64,000 bases of DNA from Azolla caroliniana (Eukaryota > Plantae > Polypodiophyta): the NCBI GenBank assembly GCA_043228905.1, contig JBHGNT010000020.1:5084001-5148000 (forward strand). The letters run 5' to 3'. Below the pieces are notes generated by a model. The model did not search any database, was not told the origin of the DNA, and saw nothing but the letters and a program-made list of their open reading frames with translations. Below, piece after piece: positions 26,758 through 37,206 of this stretch. The translations under genes were made by a program, and so were the position numbers. How positions within the stretch are numbered: position 1 is the stretch's first letter; the number at the start of each line of letters is the position of its first letter.

Positions 26758-28356
26758 TCGTTTAACTCTTCATCTAATTGACTAAGGATTTCAAATTTGT
26801 TTGAGATACTTGGGCTATCAGTACTATGAATACTATCTGACACTCTATTAGTACTATTAATACTATCAGACACTCCGAAGGGAAGAATTGACTCGGGTTT
26901 AGTACAGGCGACGATTTGATTTACCTGTCTTCGTGGCCTATGGGGACAATTGATGGCGATATGCCCTGGTCCACCGCAATAAAGACATAATCGATTGGCA
27001 CGTTGTCGTTGCTTTTCTTCTTCTGATAACAGGCCGTGTCGACGCATGGTGTCGATCTCCATCGGTGTCGGAATATTGGCTTGAGGTACGTCGCGTGCAA
27101 ACGGTTAAGCCGTGACTGAGGTGTATGTGGGTTCCGGCCGAGAGCGTGGTATTTGTAACTGACATTCCGAACGCCGTTCGAAAAGGCGGTTGTCGCATCG
27201 GACTGCTCAACTGATTGCCTCCGTAAGAGACTTTGGTTCTTCGGGGAAGGTTAAAAGCAAGTCTTTGACATCGTTGCGCAAGCCGTAGCGAAACTGCTCC
27301 ATGAGGGCCTGATCATCCCAGGGGATATCTAAGGCGAGTAGACGGAAATCCGCCGCGTAGGCAGAGACTGGATGATCGCCTTGACGCAATCTTCGGATTT
27401 TGTTGATCGCCGTCCTGATGCTGTCGGTATCTCCAAAGCAGGCTTTAAACTCGCTAATAAAATCTTCAAAGTTATTAAGCAAGGGCGATTGTTTTTCTAG
27501 AAGCGGAGCGAACCATGCCAAGGCTAAGCCGCTAAATAACGTGTCTATTAGGCTGACTCGAGATGCATCAGTGGGATATTAGGAAGGATGCATCTGGATG
27601 ACTAAGCATACCTGATTAAGGAATCCCCGGAATTGCGATCGCGTTCCATCAAATTTCACAGGAAGTCCAATCTTGGGCTTTTTATGAAATCCTTGGGGAC
27701 TTGATCCTTGTTGTTTAACGCTGCTTCGAGTTGTTGTACCCGTAATGCTAACTCCCCATGTTGTTGTTGCGTTTGTTGTTTTTCTAGAGCGATTTGTTGC
27801 AGATCCCCTATAACCGTTGGTTTTCTTGTTCCAGGGCAACAAACTTTTCTTTTAGACACTGTAGATCAGAGAAAACAGATTGATATTCTTGGGCGCTAAC
27901 AGTAGCCATAGTATAGAAAAAGGATAGGAGGAGGAGGGAAAACGACAAGTAGACTTGAGGAAGCAAATTGGTTCAAACTGTCAGAAATAGTACTAAATAG
28001 AGAGAGAATTAGTACTAGAGAAGAGAAGTACTATTAGTACTAAGAGGACGGGACTACGTAAGATTCCCGAGAGAGGAAGAGAGAAGAGGGGAGAGAGAGA
28101 GATAGCGAGAATGAGAGAGAGAGAGAAAGATGATGACAACAACTAATATATTATGTGAACGATAAGTACAAAGTGGCTAAGAGGCTTAAGACTAGCGTTG
28201 AACCAATTTGGTTCAAAACAATGCCTTGTGCCTCCTTTTATAGTGTTTTTAGGAATAATCCTAAAGCTTCTAGAATGTTCCAGAGAGATCTGGAATATAC
28301 ATCAATTTTCTATGATAAAGTATAAATGAAAATAATATCCTACAAATTACAATTCA

Positions 28357-28410
28357 TAGTCTAATGGTAAGAGCTCGACCCATGTAGCATAAGGTCATGG
28401 GTTCGAGTCT
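28357..28410 (+). promoter_or_regulatory. tRNA-like Pol III A/B-box module in chromovirus LTR (also at 23218-23270, 44422-44475, 56462-56519)
   Basis: A box TAGTCTAATGG 28357-28367; B box GGTTCGAGTCT 28400-28410; 44-nt A-to-GTTCGA spacing as in tRNA genes. Confidence 0.7.
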
Positions 28411-28799
28411 TGCCATATCATGACACATTGCTTTTAATTCTTCTTTGATCGTCCTCCCCTAACCCGAAGTTTAGGAGTTTAGACTTTCGTACTCGTTGAT
28501 GTGTTCCTGGACCGAATCAAATTCTTTCATTCGAATGTTGTTGTACACGATTGTACCATGTAATACACATATTTTGATAGATGCATCTAAATGATACCAC
28601 GAACAATTCAATACAGCTTCGTCCACCCATTCGGCTTATATCCATCTCGAGCATTTTCGGTTTCAATTGGGTCGATTTGACCCGTGACTATCAAATAGTC
28701 TTGCATTTGCTCCTTCCAGAAGTTGAAGTTCGAGCTATCAAATTTCCTGAGACTCATCTGAGATGTTGAAGCCATTTCTGTCTGTGTCGGTTGAGAGTT

Positions 28800-31700
28800 C
28801 TATCTGAGGTTGGTTACAATCTGTGGGAGGGTGCAACCACTGGTCCACCCAAAATTGATTTAGCCGAATTGGACCTGAACTCAATTGGCTAGATTGATTG
28901 TCCTACCCAGAGTGACAACTACCGAATTGAAGTAGAGCCAACTGGTCTATTCAAATTATGCCTAGTCTGATTTGGGCACGGATTTGTCCAATTGGATTGT
29001 TGGTGTTGTGCCGGTCCACAAAAGCTTTTCTCGTTCATTGTTTGAGCTCCAATTGCAACACACTAGCTATCTGTTGTTCTTCTAGTTCGCACAGTGTTGC
29101 TAACCGGATCTTTTTTTTATTCCTTCTCGCTTAACCGTTTCAGATCAGTATCTGTAAGCTGGGAATTTGGAACTCCATAGGCATAACTACCTCCAATCTG
29201 AATGCCAATCAGAACAATGTCGTCCGGATACTTGTTTTGTAAGTCGTCCGGTATTCCCATAACGCGTTGTGTAGTTTCGTGTCCTAGTCTATCCAATGCT
29301 CATTAACGATCTTCTAGAGAATATTTTGGAGTGTTTTATTGGTGGACTCCGTCAATCTGTTCGCTTGCGGATAGTAAGGCGTGTTGTGTTTATGCACTAC
29401 CGCGTAGAACGTCGTCAGGCTTGCCACTACTTGCCCTAGAAAATGACCACCTTGGTTGTTGATGAGCTCAATCGGGCATCCATACCGACACCATATGTAT
29501 TCATATATAAATTTCGTCATTGATGCCGCGGTGTGATCCCTGAGTGCTTTCACTTCTACCCATTTTGTGCAATAGTCAGTTGTGATGATGACGTACCGGT
29601 TTTTTGTTCGCATTGTCGGAGGCTTGAATGGCCCCATGATGTCCAATCCCCATTTCTGAAAAGCGTCTAGTGGCAATACGGAGTGATGGGGCATCCCCGC
29701 TTTGTTCTGTGGGTTGACCCATCCTTTGGCAGAGATCACATTCTTTACAATACCGGATCGAGTCTTCCAGGATTGTCGGCCACCATAGCCCACTTCTCCA
29801 AATCTTCAGAGCAATGGCATCTCCAACATAGTGGCCTTCGGCAACAACGCAATGGGCCTCATGTAAAATTGCTTCCTTTTCGTCACTCCTTACCGCGCAC
29901 CGCTAGATTCCGTCCACTCCCTTATGACATAGTGTATCCTGTATTAAACAAAAATGGCGACTTTGGACCACCAACCATTTCCGTTCATCTCGGCTCAGCT
30001 CTTCCGGAGGCAGTCTGGTACTCAGGAATTGATGCATGTCGGTGAGCCATTTATCCTCGCTTGCCACTATCTCATCCATTGCCGTTTCCACAGTGACTTT
30101 GAATAGCTTAGCATCCAGGAACTCATCCTGGACTCTGTCACCTACCTCTCCAGATTCCAGAAGGCTCAAGTAGTCCGCCACCGCGTGTTGTACTCCCGGT
30201 CGATGGTATATTTCGAATTCGAATTCCTGCAGCAGTAATGTCCACCATGCCAATTTACCGGTTAGTGATGCCTTGGATACCAAATATACTAGCGCCAAAT
30301 TGTCCGTGACATGGAAGGAAAACTTGCGTCCTAATAGATAGTGTCGGTACTTTGTGACGATGTATATCATTCCAAAGGCTTCTCTCTCCATTGTCGAATA
30401 ATTTCATTACGCCTTCGAGAGTTTCCGGCTTGCGTAATACACTGGATGGTACCACCTAAGTTCGGTCAGCTGCATGAGAACACTTCCTATTGCTATGTTG
30501 GACGCGTCCACAGACACATGAAAATCTTTTGTCTAGTCCAGAGGTTGTATATCATTCCAAAGGCTTCTCTCTCCGTTGTCGAATAATTTCATTACGCCTT
30601 CGACAGTTTCCGGCTTGTGTAATACACTGGATGGTACCACCTAAGTTCGGTCAACTGCATGAGAACACTTCCTATTGCTATGTCGGACGCATCCACGAAC
30701 ACATGAAAATCTTTCGTCCAGTCCGGAGGTTGCACTACCTAGGCTTGTGACAACATAACCTTCAACGCTTAGTACGCTTTATCTTTGTGCTCCGTCCATT
30801 GAAAGGGTACGCGATGCACAACCGCATGTAATGGAGTGGTGAAGTCCATTAAGTATTTGACCTAAAAACCAGCTCAATGCCTTGGCGTTAGTCGGTGCCG
30901 GTGCTTTTAAGATGGTGGTCACCTTGTCCGGGTCGACAACGATTCCGAGCAGTGCCCCGCTGGTTACCCCAAAAACACATTTCGTCAAATTCAAGATTAG
31001 TCGGAATCCCCGGCACTTCTCCAGACACATCCGGAGATGGTCCAAATGTTCTACCTTCCAGCAATAAACTGCAAAATCATCCAAAAAAACCTGCATGAAC
31101 GCTGGAATATATTCCCCAAATATTTCCATGATAATCCTTTGAATTTCGCTAGTGCTATCTTTAGTCCAAACATCATTACTACTACGACGAACACTCCCCA
31201 TTCCGTAATGAACGCTGTTTTCTCTTGATTGGTCAGGTGCATCTGGATTTGATTATAGCCACTGAATCCGTCCAAAAAGTTGTATACCTCATGACCAGCT
31301 ACTACGTCTAACACCCCATCCGTGAATGGCAATAGGAATGCGTCTATTACCATAGCGGCGTTCAGCTTCCGATAGTCCACACAGACCCTAATCTTGCCAT
31401 TCTTCTTTGGTACGATGATAATTAGACTTATCGATTTCCTCAGTAGCTTATCGATTTCCTCTTTAATTCTTGTTGCATAGTTTGGGTTCATCCAGTAATG
31501 TCGCTGCGCCACCAGCTTCGCGTCCTTGCTAAGGTTGATCTGGTGTTGGTACAGTTAGGGATCCAATCCTCGCATATCCTCATATGACCAGGTGAACACA
31601 TCTTAGAATTCTTTGAGTAGTTCAATCATTGCCATTTTCTCTTCCCGTGGCAATTCCTTTGCCATGTTCACCGGTTTCAACACTCCATCGGTACCGAGGT

Positions 31701-33430
31701 TCACCCTTCTAACTTAGATGCATTCACTCATTGAGATACCGCCATTTCCCGTTCTAGCAATTCTTGTGCCTGTCACAATTCCTAGATCGCCTCCTGATTT
31801 GGTTTGTCAAAGACTTCCTCTCAGTGCACGACGTACGGTGTGACGGCTTCGGCGACTTCTACCTCAAATAATGGTACTATCTTCGGATGTTCATCTAGGT
31901 ACTGATTGACTTCGTTGTCTACTAATCCATCCAACATCTTTATGCTCTCTGCGTATAGCGGCGTCAGCTCCTTACTGGTACCCCCGCATGTTTGGGTCGG
32001 TACCCACACTTTCGTATTTCCTTTTCGGAAGGTAATGACACATTCTTCTGCCAATTTTGCTTTATATGCGCCGTCCTTAGCCATGGTCTCCCTAACAATA
32101 GGGGATAAGCTCCCTGCATGTTGAGTTGCAGGACTACCGCGGATATCCGGAATGCATGCCCAACAATTGTAATCTCCAAGTTCTGGATGAGTCCGGTTGG
32201 CCGAACCGAACTGGTATCCGCTATTTGTAGCTAGAACGGGCACGATTCCCATTCTATGATACCAAGGGTGTCGCAGGTTCGTTGGCTTATCATGTTTACT
32301 CCGGAACCTCCATCCACAATTGTTCCGGGTATCTCTTTTCCTTTGATAATCACCGTTATCACCAGATTGTTGGTGTCCACTACTATCGGTCCTTCTTCTG
32401 GGTTGGAGAAGAATGTTGCCGGTTCGAGGTTTTGTGATGTTACCACCGATTTAAGTCCTTCCGTGAATTGGGGAACTAATTGCAACAAGCGGCCTAGAGG
32501 CAATATTATCTGACACTGTTGTAATGCCTACCAAGTGGGGTCGTTGTCCGTGCTTTGTAATGGTTCCTCCGGAGGCTTGATATGTTCTTCCACTTCAACC
32601 ATGTTCCGTTCATTTGCTTTTTGTATCCATTTGGTGGCTTGCTTCTTGATGGCCTTCTGGGTCTCCCACTCGGCAACTTTTCCTTTGGATCTTGTTGTGA
32701 TTTGTTGAATATCCGTCACCTCGACGGTACCATGTTTACCGCCGGCTGCTTCTCAGTGGATTTGACCAGCCACTGGCTACTGTAATGTCCTTCCTTTCGG
32801 TAGTAGTAGCAGTAAACCCTGCGGTTATTACTTGCTTCTCCTTTTTCTATCATTCCCGGCTTAATACCGGAATTCATCTAGTTGGTTTCTTCTAGCCTCC
32901 GTTGCTCTGGTTGTGGGGTTGGGACCGTTGTACCTGTATCCGGATCCCGTTGGTACCCTCTGGCCGGTTCCCGACATTCATCTCGACGATACTTTCCCTT
33001 ATGGTTGTGGTGGCGATGGTTCTGGTGCCCTTGGTGTTCTAGGTACCGTCTATCCTAATCTGGGTACTCCCGTCATCTCTCCTTCGATCATAATTTGGGG
33101 AGTAGTCGTGATCATAATGGTCTCGATTGTAGTCTTCCCCTCATTGGTAGTTGCGGTCTCGGTCGTAGTCCCCTCGTCGTCTGTCGTCATACCGGTCCCT
33201 TCGTTCCAGCTGATATTGTTCTTCCCTTTGGAACTGTTCCTCTTTTGGTTGTTGCTCGCTCCGGGGCTCAATATGTTGGACCGGTGCCACTTGCCGATTG
33301 AATAGGTTGTACTCACACCAGTCCATGGTGTGGGGACCAGGAGTGGCATAACATGCATTGTGTCCGCATTGTGTATTCTAATGTAGAGCAGTTGGGGTTG
33401 AGGTACGTTGTGCATTGGATTGCACATCAT
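28800..33430 (-). mobile_element. Decayed non-chromoviral Ty3/Gypsy (Athila/Tat-related) gag-pol fragment; LTRs not found
   Basis: PR IVDGGSGVN; RT VPKKNGKIRVCVDYRKLN..FLDGFSGYNQI and FLDDF; RNase H EREAFGMIY..FEFEIYHRPG; INT FQKWGLD..TPYYPQAN. Confidence 0.88.
30361..30730. repeat. 185-bp tandem duplication in Gypsy RNase H
   Basis: TGTATATCATTCCAAAGGCTTC starts at both 30361 and 30546, with near-identical continuation. Confidence 0.9.
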
Positions 33431-34657
33431 ATATTGATCTCTAGCACAAGTGGATCGGCCACGTCAATTACCGGAGGCTTCAAGATCTGCAAACGAAACA
33501 AGTTGTTTTCGGTTTGCCGAAGTTCAATGGCCGGAAGGTCCAAATATGTGAAGCCTGCCAACTCGGGAAGCAACACTGGCTTCCATTACCCATCGAACAA
33601 AACCGTAGTCATAACAAGCTCGACCTTATTCATTCGGATGTATGGGGACCGACACAGAATGTTAGTCTTGGCGAGAGTCGATACTTCGTCTCCTTCATTG
33701 ACGACTACAGCCGGCACACATGGATCTACCTCATTGAGCGGAAGAGCGAAGTCTTCGAGTGTTTCCGGAACCTGCAAAGTCTGGTTGAATGGGAAACAGA
33801 GAGGAAGATCAAGTGCATGTGGTCAGATGGCGGAAAAGAATAATTTTCTGGCCAATTCAACAGTTATCTGCAGCAAAAAGGAATTCGGAGAGAGTTCAGC
33901 TGCAGATACACACCGGAGCAAAACGGTGTGGCCGAGAGGAAGAACCGATCGATTATCGATGCGGCAAGGGAGATGCTGGAGGAGAAGAGCATGCCCAAAT
34001 TCTACTAGGCTGAGGCGGTCCGGACGGCCGTCTATATCCAAAACCGGATCGGTGACAAAGTGTCTGTGCATGAGCTGTATTTCGAGCGAAAGCCGAATTT
34101 GAGACACCTTTAGATATTCGGTAGCATTGCATATGTGCATGTGCCGGATGAGAAGCGGAGGAAGTTGGATGCAAAGTCGGAGAAGTGCATTCTAATCGGT
34201 TACTCGTGGGCCAAACAAGCGACTGGGTTTGACAGACTAGTTGGATGATGAACCGACGAGTAGTGGAGACTCTACCATGCTCTCCCCGCGCAAGGAACCG
34301 AGGAGACGGTTTACGCACAAGGAGAAGGGGAAGAAGAAGATGCCGGAACACGAGATCGGCAATGGTGAGTCAGATTGGAGCAGATCCGACTCCGGTAAGG
34401 AAGAAGGAGGATCTTCGGGAACGAAGACCAAACCGGCCAAGAAGGGCCTCAAACTGGGTAACGCTAAGTTACACCGGTCTTCCTACCATAAGAACCTCGT
34501 GAAGCAGTACAGGTACAATGAGTACATGGCGCATCACTATGCGTACATGACCAAGGTGGCGGAAGTGCGTGACCTGAGAGCTACATAGAAGCGGCACATG
34601 ACGCAAATTGGCGTGCCGCTATGGAGGAAGCAATGTAGGCACTTGATGCCAACAACA

Positions 34658-35288
34658 TGTCGTGGAATATGCGGAATAATCTCTGGCCACAACCGAAGTG
34701 TAGATAACTTGATGACAATCAAACACAGAAGAAATGGGAATGGAGGTAAGTACACAAACAGAAAAGAGAATACAAAGGATGTTAACATGGAAAACCCCCG
34801 AGAGGGAAAAACCACGGGAGTCCACAGACTCCAAACTATCACTATGCCAAGGAGTACAACAGGGAGCACAGAGGCAATGACCTCTTGCTCACAATCTTTG
34901 CCTGGCGGCGGTTACAACAGAGACATGCTCTGTATCGCGCTCTCTCTCTCTCTCTCTCTATGTACAGTCGTTACACAAATTACCTCGTACAAAGATAACA
35001 ACAGCAACTATAATATGTTATGCACATTGTTTGCCCTAGGTCACATTTATACTAATATGACATTAGGACTATTTACAGATATAGCCCCAATGGTCTCTCA
35101 GAAACATATCTACATATATGTCCCTTCATCCGGTGAGAGGTTCTCATCGGGCCTGCAACATCTGGTTCTCACCAGGTCTTCCTTGCCGGGTACTCGTCAT
35201 CTGGTTCTAGGTACTCCACATCCGGTTCTCACCGGGTCTTCCGTTGCCGGGTCTTCGTATCCCATCCGGAGGGACCGAGATCCTAACA
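34658..35288 (-). repeat. Solo LTR, 631 bp
   Basis: TG..CA termini; TSD CAACA (34653-34657, 35289-35293); removal restores RT NNTWALV; related to the LTR at 63352. Confidence 0.92.
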
Positions 35289-36419
35289 CAACACATGGGC
35301 CCTAGTTGACCCTCCCTGATACTGTAAACCGATCGGATGTAAGTGGGTGTACAAGGTAAAGTACAATGTCGACGGTTCGGTTAACCGGTACAAGGCCCGA
35401 TTAGTAGCGAAGGGATACGCGCAGATCCACGGAATTGACTACGACGAGACCTTCACTCCGGTAGCGAAGATGACGACGGTTCGTGTGGTGTTGGCGGTTG
35501 CTGCAGCAAGGGGGTGGCATCTTCACCAGATGGACGTGAAGAATGCATTTCTTCAAGGCAATCTTGAAGAAGAGGTCTTTATAACCCAACCCCCCAGTTT
35601 CCAATCAGAGATGAACAAGTCGGCGGTATGACGGCTGAAGAAGTCACTTTATGGCCTGAAGCAAGCCCCCCGAGCTTGGAATGCGAAGATCACGCACCGG
35701 TTGCGTAAGATGGGGTTTGCGGCCTCCAACTCCAACTCTTCATTGTTCATCCTACAAGGTCCAGACGGTCCGGTTTGCATCTTGCTGTATGTTGATGATC
35801 TAGTCATCACTGGACCCGAACTTGATGAAATCAGCCGAGTCAAGTCCCAACTGTCGGACGCATTTGAGATGAAGGACCTGGGGGACAGTCACTATTTCCT
35901 TGGGATCGAGGTGATCCGAACCCCCGACAGCATATTGCTCTCACAAAGACACTATGTGTTGAATATGCTGTACAAGTTCGGCATGACGGAATGCCGACCG
36001 ATCTCCACACCCCTGGACCGGAACCAGAAGCTCCGTCTCGACTCCAGACCGGCTTGCGATGAGAAGCGGTTTCGACAAATCGTCGGAAGCCTTATCTATT
36101 TGACCATCACCCGACCATGGAGCACCTTTTGTGCGCTCATCGAATTTTGCGATATGTGAGCGGCACGAAGGACCGGGAACTGTTATACCAGCATGGTATA
36201 ATCGAAGAGCTAGCCGGCTACACCGATGCTGATTGGGCCGACGATGCATCGGATTGCCGATCCACCTCTGACTATATGTTTTCCCTTGGTAGCGCGGCTA
36301 TTGCGTTGTCGTAGTGTATTTCGTACACTACGTGAAAAAGTAAAAATAATATAAACGATTTAATTACATATAAATAAATAAAATAAGAATATCAAAATAT
36401 TTATCACGTGCATAGGGCA

Positions 36420-36473
36420 AGATTCGAACCTTGTACCTCCACATAGCCAAACCTCAACTTTACCATTATGCTA
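36420..36473 (-). promoter_or_regulatory. tRNA-like Pol III A/B-box module in TR-GAG LTR (copy at 39113-39166)
   Basis: A box TAGCATAATGG (36473-36463), B box GGTTCGAATCT (36430-36420), 44-nt spacing, TTTT about 25 nt downstream. Confidence 0.7.
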
Positions 36474-37172
36474 CCTTATCTTTAGTGTTCTATAAATAGA
36501 TTTAATAACTATAAGTGCTTTATTTGCACCTACCTTTATTAAAAGGTAAATCGTGCATTTTTAGAGTGCGTGAATATTTTATAGAAAAACGCAAGCAACT
36601 AAAAAGTGACTCATGCACATCTAGCGTGCATGAGCACTATATTTAGCAAATAAAAGCAAGGATTAGAAAAGCATCACATGCATATTTAGTGTGCATGAAC
36701 ATATTAGAAAAAAAAAGCATGTAGCTATGCTTAGTCTCTCCCATCACTACATAAGGATGGGGAGCACAATGTAATAGGTGTGTGAAATATTTGGAAATTG
36801 GATATATTTCCGAAAACACCAACCGATTAATATAATCGTGGGATTCACGAAAATAATATAATCTATACTTGTGGAATTCACAAGTTTCTTATATCTTTCT
36901 TTCAATCTAAATACATATTCTTATCTAAATATTGATTAATCGAATACAATACACTCGTGGGATTCACGAAATTTCTATCTCTCTTTCTAATAATCTATTC
37001 ATTACTAGCCTCATCTCATATTCTTCTTATACTTATACTTGTGGGATTCACAAGTTTCTAATAATCTACTCATAATTATAATAGTCTCAAATTCTTCCTC
37101 CTCCTAGTCCAAAACCCCGGTGGTTCCCACCCGACTCACGCAACGATCCGGAGCCGAAAGGCACGACACAGT

Positions 37173-37190
37173 TGGTGAACCCGACGTGAA
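37173..37190 (+). promoter_or_regulatory. Primer-binding site complementary to tRNA-Trp
   Basis: TGGTGAACCCGACGTGAA is the reverse complement of the plant tRNA-Trp(CCA) 3' end ..TTCACGTCGGGTTCACCA (recalled sequence), 4 nt after the LTR. Confidence 0.85.
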
Positions 37191-37206
37191 GGCGGGTGGC
37201 AAGGAG

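Larger units (their letters stand above)
22840..28425 (-). mobile_element. Ty3/Gypsy chromovirus (Tcn1-like) #1, structurally complete, with stops and frameshifts
   Basis: 447-bp LTRs 22840-23286 and 27979-28425; TSD CATTG; PPT AAGGGGGAGATAG; gag with CLYCGGPGHIAINC, PR LDSEAN, RT YLDD, RNase H, INT and chromodomain YEVAAILD..YLVDWLGY..TWEP (23298-23525). Confidence 0.95.

Noticed and set aside
28350-28420. Functional tRNA genes at the A/B-box sites (also ~36420, ~9600-9790, ~60960)
   Set aside because: No convincing acceptor or anticodon stems by eye; treated as tRNA-derived modules.
34598-35305. 235-aa plus-strand ORF
   Set aside because: Reads through the antisense strand of a solo LTR, including its CT microsatellite.
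36836-37055. CRISPR-like reading of the spaced palindromes
   Set aside because: Repeats are only 15-19 bp with irregular spacing (31, 88 and 82 bp), lie within a eukaryotic LTR, and there are no cas genes.
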